DNA of 64,000 nucleotides from Octopus sinensis. Lineage: Eukaryota. The notes below the pieces were generated by a model. The model searched no databases, was not told the DNA's origin, and was given only the letters and a program-made list of their open reading frames with translations. Made by a program: the position numbers and the translations under genes. The stretch is from the NCBI RefSeq assembly GCF_006345805.1, contig NC_043011.1, forward strand, positions 67,344,464 to 67,408,463, written 5' to 3'. The first letter of the stretch is position 1, and every line of letters begins with the position of its first letter. Positions 38,176 to 51,837 of the stretch are shown piece after piece.

Positions 38176-39141
38176 ATGTCCACTTTAATAGCTAAGATTA
38201 ATAATAATAACATTAAACTAGCCAGAAAAAATAATACCAATAGGAATACTAATGACAATTGTAGTAACATTACCGAAAGTAATAATAGCCACAATAATAA
38301 TAACTATCATAACATAGGTATAACCAATAGCTATGGAATAGCTAGTAATAATAATAATACAAATAGGAACAATTATGTTAATAATAGGAGTAATACCAAT
38401 AGGGAAAATACCGGGAATGAAGACAACAATGATATCTATAGTAGCAGTATACATTTGGAAACTAATAATGGCAATAATAGTAGCAATACCCATAATGTTA
38501 GTAATTATGGTAGGACTATAGAATTAAATGATAGTGTAGAAAGACCGATAAATGATAATACTGCTTTAGATAACAACATTAACTATAATAACGATAACAC
38601 TATTTTAGATAGCAGCATTAACTATAATAGCGAAAAATATACTAATAATGATTTGAATAGCAGGAATATGAGACATCTATCCTTGAGTAATCCCACATTA
38701 GAAAATGATCCCCCTAGGTGTAACTGTAGAATTAGATCAAAATGCCCGGCACCTGGTCTATGCGGGTTAAATAACGTAATCTATAAATGTACTATAACTA
38801 CAGAGAATAACAAATTTATTTATTTAGGGTGTACTATAAATTTTAAAAAACGTCTTAGCAACCATCTCTCTTCTTTCAAATTACGTCATAAAGCTGATAG
38901 TACCACACTTTCAAGTAAGATCTGGGAACTCAAAAACAATAATATTAAATATAACCTTCTTTGGGAATTAGTTAGAAGAGCGATACCTTATAAAAATAAC
39001 GGAGTTGGTTGCCAACTTTGCTCCATGGAAACATTTGAAATACTAATGCATAGAAGAAATGGTGATTTATTGAATAATCGTATAGAATTGGGTCCATTTT
39101 GTATTCACGCTAGAATTAAGACTCTAAAATATTTTAAATGA
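38176..39141 (+). CDS. GIY-YIG endonuclease of a Penelope-like element with an N-terminal Asn-rich low-complexity domain (321 aa)
   Basis: CNCR..CP.PGLC, VIYKC, YLGCT..FKKRLSNH, TTLSSKIWELK, CQLCSME, LLNNRIE, CIH; uninterrupted frame. Confidence 0.9.
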   Translation: MSTLIAKINNNNIKLARKNNTNRNTNDNCSNITESNNSHNNNNYHNIGITNSYGIASNNNNTNRNNYVNNRSNTNRENTGNEDNNDIYSSSIHLETNNGNNSSNTHNVSNYGRTIELNDSVERPINDNTALDNNINYNNDNTILDSSINYNSEKYTNNDLNSRNMRHLSLSNPTLENDPPRCNCRIRSKCPAPGLCGLNNVIYKCTITTENNKFIYLGCTINFKKRLSNHLSSFKLRHKADSTTLSSKIWELKNNNIKYNLLWELVRRAIPYKNNGVGCQLCSMETFEILMHRRNGDLLNNRIELGPFCIHARIKTLKYFK

Positions 39142-40233
39142 TAACAGTATATAAAAACCATTTTGTGGTTTGTCTATCTTGCTTATTATAATAATAAAGC
39201 AATACTCTTATATATTATATATTTTAAATAGATAGCTGCGATCTCATAAGCTATGGTTATTTTCTCTCTAACTGTACCAGATTTGGAACATAAAGAAATA
39301 AATTAGTTGCTAAAAACTTTCATTCTAATAGTTTATATAGATAATTTAAATTAATTTAATCTAATTTTTTCTAATTTAGGTAAACCAACTTAAAGCAAAT
39401 AAGTTAATAAAACTTCGTAATTCTTTTATATACTATAAGTAACTTAAAGCTAATCCCATAGAAATAATATAACGATTTTTCATTATGAAAAACAATACTC
39501 TCAATTCTTTATTTTGACCCCTAAATGTAGTCCCAAAGTCTGCCAATGTATAAGTAGTAACATTAATAAATAAAGAAATAAATTAAATGACCTCCTTTCT
39601 AGTGTTGCACTGAAATCTGTTAATGCTTTTTCCTATAGTGACAACCTTTGACCCTTCTTTACCTTCCCATGTCCTCTTTATATAGCAATTAACAACGGTA
39701 TTTGGTCAAGAATAGCATTCCTTTTTAAAACTCTTAGATTCTTGCAAATTCTGACCCAGTCAGTTTGTCTCCACTGAAATAAACTATTCTGCGTAGTTGG
39801 ATATTTACAACTCCTTCTCCTCTCAGTTACCCCATTATACCCTATGTGAGTGATTGTCTCTACGCTCCACTAAATTTCCTTCAACTAATTCTAACATAGC
39901 AGTTTTGAGAAATGATCTGAAATGCAACCGGCATACCATCATACATCAGGAAACCCACTTTATTATGGACTAATTATGGATAAATACATCGTCTGTGAGT
40001 ATGAAATCTCTCCTCATATCTCCAGAATTCAAACCTACTTCATTAGGGATGGATTTACATTTTCATTTTCTGTGAAACTAAGAGGTTTTTTAAAATACTT
40101 CTTTAAGACCTGTTATATGACTTTGCAACATTAAAGAACTTTGGAAATCCGTTTATTATCTAAATCTGATTTTTATAGAACTATCCCTGATGTTTCAGGA
40201 GTGTAGCCTCATCCCCTTAGATGTTTGGAGAAT

Positions 40234-40339
40234 TCAGATGTTTTTTCGTCTGATGAGTACGGGTCACTTGTATTTGCTGCAATACTTGCAGCTTTAATAA
40301 AGGTGGTCTTCGTACGAAACAATTGTACCGAAATACTGA
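40234..40339 (+). ncRNA. Type I hammerhead ribozyme with long stem II
   Basis: TTTCGT-CTGATGA(40250-40256)-GTACG..CGTAC-GAAAC-AATT-GTA(40325-40327)-CCGAAA; palindromic ACAATTGT; the first stem I pair is a U.C mismatch. Confidence 0.8.
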
Positions 40340-40502
40340 TCCATTTTTGTTGCTTTTTTTCTTGTTTATAATCACCCTGCATTATCTTATGGTTAATACC
40401 ATATAGATTTCTAGTGCATCTAAGTTAAGTACCGCATTTATGTGAATTCAACAGAACTCACTTGAATCTTAATTGCTTTTACTATATATATATATATATT
40501 TC

Positions 40503-40872
40503 ATTTCTTTCATTTATTTGTTTGTCATTTGACTATGGCCATGCTGGAGCACCGCCTTTAGCCGAACAAATCGACCCCAGGACTTATTCTTTATAAGCCT
40601 AGTACTTATTCTATCGGTCTCTCTTGCCGAACCTCTAACAACCCAGCATTGGTTGGCGAGCGATGTTCGGAGAACAAACACAGACACACAAATATATACA
40701 TATATATACGACGGGCTTCTTTCAGTTTCCGTCTACGAAATCTACTCACAAGGCTTTGGTCGGCCCGAAGCTACAGTAGAAGACAGTTGCCCAAGGACCC
40801 ACGCAGTAGGATTGAACTCGGAACCATGTGGTTGGTAAGCAAGCCACTTCCTACACAGCCACTCTTGCGCCT
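40503..40872 (-). mobile_element. SINE family A
   Basis: Reverse complement aligns to 26158-26568. Confidence 0.85.
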
Positions 40873-41211
40873 ATGCGTACGTTGTATGTATGTATGTATG
40901 TATGTATGTATGTATGTATGTATGTATGCATATTACCACCGCATCACAACCGTTGTTGGTTGTGTTCTGACCTTGTAACTTAGCAGTTCGGTGTAAGATC
41001 CAGTAGAGTAAGTACGAAACTTTAACAAAAATAGAGCCGGTATCGATTCGTTTCAATAAAACCCTTCCAGACGGTGCCCCAGCATGGCCGCAGTTCAATG
41101 GCTAAAAGAAGTGAAAGATGAAAGATGACGGAGTGACTCGATTGATAAGGGCTAAATTGAGGTTAAACAACAACCATTTTAAGCGAAAAACATAGAACTA
41201 AAGTAAGACAT

Positions 41212-41582
41212 AACAAGAGCACTCAGAGAGTGAAAACCTCCGCCAAGGCAACACCAACGTCCTCTCAACGATTAGCCAGTGATGACTTTTAAAATGGGAA
41301 TATCTGAGATAAACTCGATTGCTCTCACAAACGAGACTACAAAAATGAACCTGGCCGCTCTCAAAAATTAAGTTTAAAAAAAGAGGGAACATAATCCATA
41401 ATCCTTATCTGATACTAGATTGATCCCAAAAGTTCGTGCCAGTCACAAGGCCAAACATCCCTGAAAGTTTCATTTGAATCCATCCAGCGGTTCTTGAGAT
41501 ATCTTGTCCACGGTCAAACAAGCAAACAAACAAACAAACACGACTGCAGACAATACCTCCGCCATTGTGAAGGCGGAGGTAA
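41212..41582 (-). mobile_element. Helentron-associated non-autonomous element (HINE/DINE-1-like)
   Basis: Hairpin TACCTCCGCC..GGCGGAGGTA at one end, subterminal inverted CCTCCGCCAAGG and a CACTCAGAGAGTG hairpin at the other, internal (CAAA)n; second copy at 44447-44817. Confidence 0.7.
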
Positions 41583-42276
41583 GAAACGTCAAGCATGTAA
41601 ATTTGACACAGTTTTGGAAGATGTTAAGTTGTTTTACTTGTCTGTTGCTGAGGTTCGGGTGATTAACGAAAATTTTCATGGCGAAAGGTCATTCTCACCT
41701 GAATGCTACAAAGAGTTCTTCGTTGAACGAAGGAGAGAAGGATATAGTTGGTAGAGCAAACAATAAGGACTATCATACTAGAACAGACAATCCAACGGAG
41801 GGAAATTTCAAAGAATTACTCTTAACGAAGATACAGACGGGAAGTTTGGATTGTCCAAAAACTAGGGCGGAAAAACATGTTCAATGTAACGTTCTTAAGG
41901 ATCGAACAGTAAATACATATGTAGGCTCACACATCTGTCAGCTTATACACACACTCACACATTCAGTCACACACACACACACACACATACATGTATGTAT
42001 TTATCTATGTATTTAATACCAGTATAAGTGTCATATATAAATATAAGCAACTGAAACAATTATTTTGAAGCCCACTTGTGGATTTGGAACATCAATGAAG
42101 TGCAGAGAGAAAAAAACAGAGAGATACAGGGACAAATAGAGACAGGCAGACAAACAGACAGAGGAAGACAGCGAGAGAGAGAGAGACAGACAGAGAGATA
42201 GAGACAAAGAGAGAGAGAGAGAGAAGTGGATTTTACAGCCATACTAAGTAACTGCTCTTATTATTAATCCAAAAAG

Positions 42277-42870
42277 AGGCGGCGAGCTGGCAGAATCGTT
42301 AGGGAACTGGACGAAATGCTTAGCGGTATTTCGCCCGTCACTACATTTTGAGTTCAAGTTCCACCGACATCGACTTTGCCTTTCATCCTTTCAAGGTCGA
42401 TTAAATAAGTACCAGTTACGCACTGGGGTCTATATAATCGACTTAATCCGTTTGTTTGTCCTTGTTTGTCCCCTCAGTGTTTAGCCCCTTGTAGGTAGTA
42501 AAGAAATAGGTATTTCGCCCGTCGCTACATTCTGAGTTCACGTTCCACCGATTTCGACTTTGCCTGTCATCCTTTGGGGTCGATAAATTAAGAACCATTT
42601 GTGTATTAAGGTCGATGTAATTGACTAGTTCCCTACCCCAAAATTTCAGGCCTTAATAGAAAGGATTATTAATCCAAAGAAGGGCGGTGAACTCGCAGAA
42701 TCGTTAACACGTCGAACTACATGCTAAGCGGTGTTTCAATTCCACCTAGGTCGACTTGGCTTTTCATCCTTTCGGGGTAGACAAATTAAGTACCAGTGAA
42801 ACACTGAGGTCCATGTGATCGATACATCCCCTTCCCCAAAATGGCTGCCCTTGTGGCAAAATTTGAAACG
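42277..42870 (+). mobile_element. Two SINE family C copies in tandem
   Basis: Heads at 42277 (GGCGGCGAGCTGGCAGAATCGTTAG) and about 42682 (GGCGGTGAACTCGCAGAATCGTTA). Confidence 0.85.
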
Positions 42871-43377
42871 ATTATCAATCCAAAAATCATGGAAGACCAA
42901 GTGACCTCGACGCAATTTGAAACCAGAACGCAGTGAACATTAACAATTCGGTCGAATCAAAGCCACAAATGTATAGAACATGTACAGAAACATTTCTATT
43001 TATAAATGTACGTATTCATTCACGTCTATGTACGGATAATGGTTGATATTTTGTATACACAGAAATATCAATGGACAGGGCTATGTGAGGTGTGTATCAA
43101 TGTCTTTCTGCAAATAACAAAATTAGCATAGAAAATGTATTTTAACACAAGAGTATGTTTGCTCGTATTTGAATGTATACTTCTGTATATTCTCTTTATG
43201 TGCGCGATTACATACATGCATATATGATATACGTATTTGTATATATACGTATATATACATGGGGAGAGTGCATACAACATATACATGAATACATGTTACG
43301 TGCCTCAGTGTACATGTGTTTGTCGGTGACTGTGTTTGTCTGTGCGTGTGTGTGTAACACAGATTGTACACACACAT

Positions 43378-43434
<57 letters not shown>

Positions 43435-43703
43435 TATATATATGTATGTATACATCTGCTTCTGTATACACACATACGTACAGGTGTATATATAATATAT
43501 GTGTGTGTGTGTGAGTGTTTTGTGTGTGTATTTGATTGAATATCTTCATATATGATATTATTGCCTGGTGTCTGGGATCACACATATGTCGCCATTAATG
43601 TGGTTAACTTCGTTTATTATATCGATAAATTGATCAATAAAAAGAATCAATCGCCTTTCGTCCACGTCCCAAGTGAAATATTTTGTTTACCTACCTTTTT
43701 TGA

Positions 43704-43782
<79 letters not shown>

Positions 43783-43787
43783 GTATG

Positions 43788-43846
<59 letters not shown>

Positions 43847-44446
43847 ATGTATATGTATATATATATATGTATGTATATGTACATGTATGTATATATATAT
43901 GTTCAAGTTTTTATATTCCTTTTTGTTGTTGTTCGCCCTTTTCGTCACCTACTCCTCATCTTCTTTCATCCTGATGTGTATCTATCAGGCAGTTATCTGA
44001 TTATTCTTTGAAAGAAGCCAGACCACTTTTTTGTACTGTTTGGATATTTCAACAAACTTTCTTACGACATTCTGTTTGCCATATTTTCATTGTGAGAAAA
44101 AAAAGGTGTGTGTGCGTGCCTCTGTATGCGCGCGCGCGTGTGTGTGTGTGTGTGTTTGTTTTGTGTGTGTGTTAGGTATGTGTAATTGCGTTTGCGCGTG
44201 TGTTCCTTTCCAGAACTTTCTTGGTTTTCCTTTCAGCGCAAAATAACGAGCACGTGATCGATAAGCATCTTGCAGATATTCGCTCGTGATTTAGACAATG
44301 TACCGAGTATTTTGTGACCGAGTGTTTTTTTCCGTGTAGTAAGTATTTTATGGGTAATCTTAGTTACAATCATTCCATACGTAATAATACAGGCTATGAG
44401 AGGTCATTTCCTTTTGTACTGTAATAATAATAATGATAATAATAAC

Positions 44447-44817
44447 AACAAGAGCCCTCACAGAGCACAAACCACCGCCAAGCCAACACCAACGTTCTCT
44501 CAACAATTAGCCAGAGATACCTTTTTAAATGAGAATATCTGAGATATACTCGATGGCTCTCACAAAAGAGAATATTAAAAATGAACCCGACCGCTCTCAA
44601 AAATTAAGCAAGAAAAACAAGAAAAATAATCCAGAATCCTTGTCCGGGACCGGATCGATCCCAAAATCTAATCAGTTCGTGCCAGTTACCAGGACAAATA
44701 TCCCTGAAAGTTTCATCTGAATCCATCCAGCAGTCCTTGAGATATCTTGTCCACAGACAAACAGATAAACAAACACGACTGAAAACAATACCTCCGCCTT
44801 CGCTTAGGCGGGGGTAA
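44447..44817 (-). mobile_element. HINE/DINE-1-like element, second copy
   Basis: Colinear with 41212-41582. Confidence 0.7.
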
Positions 44818-44989
44818 TAATAATAAATACCCTGTTGCAGCACCGGGCACTGGCTCTCATGGCTTCCAATCTTAACTGATTGGAAGTGATATCATGTACA
44901 TTGTTTTCTCTTAGTATAAAAGATGGGCTACAGCAAATATTCTGCTCAATACCACAGATTTGCTTGTCAGTTGTTTGACCTCAATCAGC

Positions 44990-45240
44990 CTCCCTTCTTA
45001 GCTCTCACCTATATCAGGGCATTCCTTTCTAGTTTTTAAACTTTTGCCCGTTTTTCTCCTTCTTATTGAAAAGTCCTCTTTCTCATTCGGTCTATGTTTT
45101 CATTTCTTCTGATGAAAAACTAACATCCGAAACATCAAGTCGCTTTCTATTCCCATTAAAACTATAGCTAATAGTGTACTTACTGTTCTTTGCTTGTTCT
45201 GGGTTTTTTATATTTTTTATTGTTAATTGTATTTAGACTA
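44990..45240 (+). mobile_element. PLE terminal repeat fragment with decayed HHR
   Basis: CTT-CTGATGA(45109-45115)..GAAAC-ATC-AAG with stem II lost; ends at (TA)n. Confidence 0.5.
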
Positions 45241-45256
45241 TATATATGTGTGTGTT

Positions 45257-45293
<37 letters not shown>

Positions 45294-46029
45294 GTCAGTG
45301 GAACAAGAACACACACGAAGACGAAAAGTGTCGCTGAAGAGGTCACAGATGTGCGACGAAAGATTACTGGACAATGGGCCTGAGTTAAAATAATGAAATA
45401 AGAACAGTAATAAACGAGTGAAGAAAAAATGTATAGTGCGTGAGTTCATTTGGCAAAAAAAGACAATGACCGTTCCGACCAGGAATGTAGCAAAACGAAT
45501 TGATAAAAATAGATACATACATATTCATATATATATGTGTATATATGTCTACAGTTACACACACACACACACACACACATGTATATATATATGTATATAT
45601 ATAATATATATATAATGTGTGTGTGTATAGAGTGTTAGGTATGGTTAGAAAAGGTCGACAGAATTTTGGAAAAAAATATTTTTATTTCTTCATAATTATT
45701 AAGGTTTTCGTTCGCCCCATAGGACACACAGCGACGGCTTCTACTCCGCATGATTGACCCCAATTCTTACGGTCATCAGCCCTCTTTTACCAGTCGTCTT
45801 ATTATCCTCTCTTTCCTTTTGTCCCTCCGTCTCCCCACCTTCTCTCCCCACTTTCTTGCATCCCTCTCTAATTTTCTCAATGTCCCTTCGTCTCTTCTCT
45901 CTCCCTACCCCCTCTCTTTCTGCCCCATATATCTCTCTCTCTCTCTCCCTTTCACACACACACACACACACACACATTCTCCTCTAATTAGGTTAGATTC
46001 TGAATGAACACACAAATCTTATGACTGCT

Positions 46030-46290
46030 GTTACGGATGCACATCTAACTTCCTTTCTGTGGTGACCGTGGCTAATTTCCAAGTTCAGGCTTTGATCGAG
46101 TTGCCAAGATTCTGGCCCCGATTTTACAAACTCTGGATATCGGAGTTACTGTCTTTAAAATATGATTTTCATTCTCACGGATGTTACTGTTGCCAAACAT
46201 TCTAGTATATGATACAGCCATCCCATTTAATATTCAGAACCGATTGCGACTTCGCTTGGCAAAATCTCTCAAGTCGACGTATTCGATATT
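46030..46290 (-). pseudogene. Highly degenerate RTE C-terminal remnant
   Basis: Minus frame RRLERFCQAKSQSVLNIKWDG resembles RTE LE.FHQRCLR.IL.I.W.D. Confidence 0.4.
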
Positions 46291-48262
46291 GGTAGGTTTT
46301 CCAACTCCCAGAGTTTTGATTAATGTAAAGTAATTGACGTAACTATAATTCTGTCTATAATTATAAAAGTCAATAAAGACACGTATTTTGGTTGAGAGTT
46401 ATATTTGATTTAAGCGATCCCCACGTTTTTGCTAGTCTTACATCTTACATCTGTTACTTGTTTCAATCATTGGACTGCAGCCATGCTGGAGCATGACCTT
46501 GAAAGGTTTTAACCGATCAAATCAAATCCAGCACTATTTTAAATATCTGATACACATTGTATTGGTCTCCTTTTACTAATTTGCGGGAACATAAACAAAC
46601 CAACATCGATAGTCAAGTGGTTGGGTACACAAACACAGATAGAAAGCGACATAAGCATACACATATACACATACACACATATTTCATACATGTACATATG
46701 TATATATACATACAATATTATTTTTATATAGGGCTTCCACACATTTTCCCTCTACCAAACTAGCTCACAAGACATTGGTCAGTCCGGTGCTATAATACAA
46801 AGCACTTGCCTAATTTGCTTCGTGGTGGGACCGAAACCGAAATGACGGTCGCAACACCAGTTTCTTAATCGACACCCATTCATATTTTGTCGACACCGTA
46901 ACTGATTGGATGAGAGGATGATTCGAACTCAGAACATAAAATGACGTCGTCAAATGTCATCAGTCATCCGCTGCTCAACCGATCCTTTCTACAATCTGGA
47001 AATAGTATTATCGAACATGGGCACAAAGGCGTGAAGCTTGGGAAGGAAACTGCCGATTATATCGACCCCACAATTTAACCGATACTTTAATTTAATCGAG
47101 TCCAGAAGTATAAAAAGCGAAGTTAGATAAGGTATAATCTGAGCTTAGAACGTAAAGGGCAAAAAATATACGGTAAGGTCTTTTCCTTTTTCATTCTAAC
47201 GATTCTCGTGGATGAAATATGAAGATATTCCTTTCGCATGAATTTTTCACACTTCATTTATATCTTCCAGTCTCACTTATTCTCTCCTTTTTTTTTCTTA
47301 AACGCACCTTGTCTTTTTATCACTTTTCTCTCCCTAAATAACTATCCCCTCTCTCCTTCCTCTACTTCACTCCTTCACTTTTTCTTAAACGCACCCTGTC
47401 TTTCTATTACCTTTGTTTCCCTAACTAACTCCTCTCTCTCTCTCCCGCTTTGCCCTCGCTCGTTATTCTTCAATTCTCTATCAGATGTAAATCTAACATT
47501 ACCTGTTCTAATAAAACCAAACAAAATAACATGTTTTTATGGCGCTAGTGTATGTGTTGAAGTCGAACGCTAATACACATTCTTACATCGATATATCAAT
47601 TCTTTTTGTAATACAGGATATATCTGATGAAGATTGTCCTATGGGTCATCGCAAATCTCTGTGGAATATTTTCAATTACACTTAATACGTGTGGATAAAT
47701 TGAATAACATATTGGAGCAGTAAAAAATTGGACGTTAAAGTTGTATCTTCGATGTGTAATATCGAATAGATAAAAAGTAGGATGATCCCTTTTTCCAAAA
47801 GTTAGTTAACGTTCAAGGAGCAGTAGCCATGAGTGAGATTCTCGAAAAGAAGAGGGAATCCCCGACAGACATTACAGAATAATTGTAACAAAATGAACGT
47901 CGTAGAAGAAACTGATCGTTTATGTATTGGTGTTAAATCAAACTGAGTGTTAGGGCTGACAACATTAGTTTCTCTGTCTACAACACTCACAAAATATTTC
48001 CTAATGCACACTAACCTCGGTTGGAGAGTATAGAGCAGAGTGCGAAGTATTGACAGATAGATAATAAGGATTATTGTTGTTAATAAAAGCATGAATACGT
48101 TGAAGAATGTGAAATGGGACGTTTCAGACTTTAAAATCTCCCTGAAATTATATTTTAACCATGTTCCAGGTCATCCCTAGGAGCATATATATGTATATAT
48201 ATGTATATTATATATTTATATATGTATATATATATATATATTATATATATATTATATATATT

Positions 48263-48336
<74 letters not shown>

Positions 48337-48356
48337 ATATATATATATATAATATA

Positions 48357-48387
<31 letters not shown>

Positions 48388-48392
48388 TAGTT

Positions 48393-48556
48393 AGGCACAG
48401 GAGTGGCTGTGTGGTAAGTAGTTTGCTTACCAATCACATGATTCCGGGTTCGGTCCTGCTGCGTGGCACCTTCGATAAGTGTCTTCTACTATAGCCTCGG
48501 GCCAACTAAAGTCTTGTGAGTGGATTCCATAGGCGGAAACGGAAAGAAGCCTGTTA
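48393..48556 (+). mobile_element. SINE family A 5' half
   Basis: GGAGTGGCTGTGTGGTAAG..GGGTTCGGTCC..GAAAGAAGCC. Confidence 0.85.
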
Positions 48557-48568
48557 TATTTATATATT

Positions 48569-48602
<34 letters not shown>

Positions 48603-48605
48603 ATA

Positions 48606-48965
48606 CGAGCAAAACGCCTCCTCCCCCACCGTCCGTCCAATGGACGGTGCTGAGTTGTCAAACATTTAAACCAAAGTTTCTCAAAACAACTTGTCCGACC
48701 ATTCCATAGGCCTCCCTTTTGAGGAACACTGATGTAACCTAAATTTGAGACACCAGCAAAAGAAGAAATAAAGATAGACTTTTTTTCTATTCCCCAAAAA
48801 AAAACAATTTCTTACGGCTTTCTCGATCGCATTCTCACCTGGAGTCGATTTTTGTAATTTTTTCAAGACTTATACACGCCCTGATATCGTCGGATGGATA
48901 TCGGATGGAGGATGCCCGAGATCCTAGAAGCCACACAGACAGACAGAACGGATTTATATAAGAGA
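48606..48965 (-). mobile_element. Non-autonomous Helitron-like element
   Basis: Minus strand begins A|TCTCTTATATAAA and ends with hairpin CACCGTCC/GGACGGTG about 20 nt before CTCG|T (CTRR-like); no TSD. Confidence 0.55.
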
Positions 48966-49020
48966 TATGGATACATATATATATGCATACATATATACAC
49001 GCATACATACTTACATATAT

Positions 49021-49075
<55 letters not shown>

Positions 49076-49522
49076 TGTTTGTGTTTGGTTCCCACCCCGA
49101 CTTTACAACCTATCTTGGTTTGCACACTTTCCCGTTGCAATTATTCGACCTACATCTCTGGTTCGAGAATGCATTCCCCTCTCTCACTTTTCTCGGTATT
49201 TCTACCAATTGTCTCAGCTGGGAGATTAAACCCCGCTCAGATCAATCTTCTTTTCTTATTCTTCCGTGTTTGATATAAAAAAAAGTACGAAACAGTGGAT
49301 TGGCAGAATTGTAAAATTATCGAAAAGAATACTTTACGGCATTTGCTCTTGTTCTTCGCTGAGTGCAAATGCCACCGTGGACTACGTGGAGGATACGCTT
49401 AATCTGTCGACTCATTCAGCACTGTCCTTTCTTTCCCTCCTTGAGTACTTTTAGCAGAGTCTTAACTGACCGAAACTTCAAAGTTACTATTAACAGTATT
49501 CTTGCTTAAGAACATATATATA

Positions 49523-49561
<39 letters not shown>

Positions 49562-49728
49562 GCAGGCCAGGTCCCAGTTTTAGAATACCCCCTCCCTTCT
49601 CTAAAGGGCTACAAACACTGCTTTCACCTGACTAAAAAGAAACGCTTGGCGATGTTCTAGTCTTGAACATTTTTATGTGTGTGCATGTGTATGTGTCGGT
49701 ATGTATAAAGATAGATGGACAGATAGAG

Positions 49729-49829
<101 letters not shown>

Positions 49830-49837
49830 CACACACA

Positions 49838-49887
<50 letters not shown>

Positions 49888-50693
49888 ATCTGCTACAACA
49901 AAAAGGATTCTTTAAATTATCCTGCATTAGAACATATCAATCAAATAAATCGGATTCGATTATTATATCATTGTTGAGCATTAAACAATTTATTAACTAT
50001 TCTTCAAGTACGGGCCGCATCATTGGAGAAGCGGGCCACATGAGACATGGTTCATCATCATGTACGTCATACTACTATAAAAAAACTGAAGGCAATTTTT
50101 CTTTATACGGACTGTAGATTGTCTATGATTGTGTTGGATATTCTTTTAGTCATGGGTTGTGCGACATTGAGTCCTTGAAAAATAACCGTCTGTAATAGCG
50201 ATGCCAGTTAACTAGCCGTAAAAAGATAACCATTCGTCCACTTGCTTTTGCGTTTTCTAGGTGTGTAGTCAAATGACATCGAACACGTGAAAGTGTTATC
50301 CTGGGTTCAAATTGTTTATGTTGTTGCTGCTGTTATTTTTGTTGCTGTTTAGCTCTTACTCTAGCTCTTCCCTCCTTACACACACCTCCATCAAACACAT
50401 CATGCTGTCTTTTTACCAAGCACTGTGAAATCGGGACTAAATTGTTCAACCATGCCCTACTTTTTTTAGGAGATATGAGGTTCTGTGCGAGAAACTTGGC
50501 TCCCATTTTAGCAGGTCGAGTGATATTCATTGACTCTTAAGGAAATTATTATTTATGTTGTTGAAGGCACTCTTACAATCAAATACATTCCAACATGATC
50601 GTCCTTTGCTCTTTTCTTTTTCTTTTGGTGGGGGTTAAGTTCTGTGAAACCGGAAAAATAATTATCAATGTCTTGTTTTTAAGGTAATGAGAA

Positions 50694-50972
50694 GGCGAGT
50701 GGCTCAGTGGTTAGGGCATTCGACTCACGATTGTAAGGTCGTGAGTTGAATTTCCGGCGATGGGTTGTGTCCTTGAGCAACACACTTTATTTCACGTTGC
50801 TCCAGTTCACTCATTTGGCAAAAATGAGTAGTACCTGTATTTCAAAGGGACCAGTCTTGTCACACTGAATCTCCCTGAGAACTACGTTAGGCGTACACGT
50901 TAATTTCACGACCAAGCTGTTCCGTTGATCGTATCAGCTTGGACGCTCGTCGTTGTAACCGACGGAGTGCTC
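50694..50972 (+). mobile_element. SINE family B variant
   Basis: A box TGGCTCAGTGG, family B core GTCCTTGAGCAA.ACACTTTATTTCACGTTGCTCC. Confidence 0.8.
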
Positions 50973-51766
50973 CTTTTAATGTAGTATAATCTTATATGAG
51001 AGAAAGCTCGCTGCTATTTCCTGTAGGTCAATCGACTACGTAGAGGAACACCATCGTCTTCTATTGACCCCTAAATGTATAGAATAATGCTTAACTCTAA
51101 AGACAGAGTCTTGTCAAAAGCAGAACGTAAGAAACGAAAGTAAAATTTTAGTTATCTTTTATCCGGAATTGAAACCGCGTACGAACGATTCAAATTTCCA
51201 CGTGCTATTAGCTTTTGATCAAATGCACTCATTGCAAAAATGTGTCAATATCGATTTCAAGTATTGAAATATTGATTTCTAACAATATTAGGCACGAATT
51301 TTATTTATTTATTTATTTATTTATATTTTTGATGTTGTTGGAAAGTATTTGTGCTTGTGTGTGTGTGTGTGTGCACTGTATGTATGTGAAGGTGTGTGTG
51401 TGTGTGCACGTGTGTGTGTATGTGTGTGTGTGCTTTAATGTGGAGCTGAAGTCTTTTGCTTCGATTGATTTCAGTATGTTGACTAAAAAGCTGACGCAAA
51501 CATTTGCACATTTTTATCGATCTTGGTGTGACGAAAGAAAGAGCTAGAGAAAGAGAGAAAGAAAAATACAGAGAGAGAATGAGAAAGAAAAAGAGCGAGA
51601 AAGAGCGAGGAAGTAGATTTTTTTGCTATGTTGTTCCCGTTGGTTTTATTTTATAGCCCAAGGTCGGTTCTGGTTAGAAACACTGATGCTTTTAATTTTC
51701 CACTCATCACTACATGTTACCCATTCGAAGACTCGTGGACTTTTAAGGTTGCTGTTACCATTATTG

Positions 51767-51837
51767 CTTCTTCTTCTTCTTCTTCTTCTTCTTCTTCTTC
51801 TTCTTCTTCTTCTCTTCTTCTTCTTCTTCTTCTTCTT

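Larger units (their letters stand above)
38146..40483 (+). mobile_element. 5'-truncated Penelope-like element, RT-less (Asn-rich linker + GIY-YIG EN + 1.3-kb 3' region with HHR), in (TA)n
   Basis: Starts right after (TA)n with the in-frame linker motif VRISYSTLPNM; HHR at 40234-40339; ends at (TA)n. Confidence 0.85.

Noticed and set aside
47620-47660. CTGATGAAGAT..ATCGCAAAT; likewise isolated CTGATGA at about 3205(-) and 25550(-)
   Set aside because: No GAAA or NUH in register.
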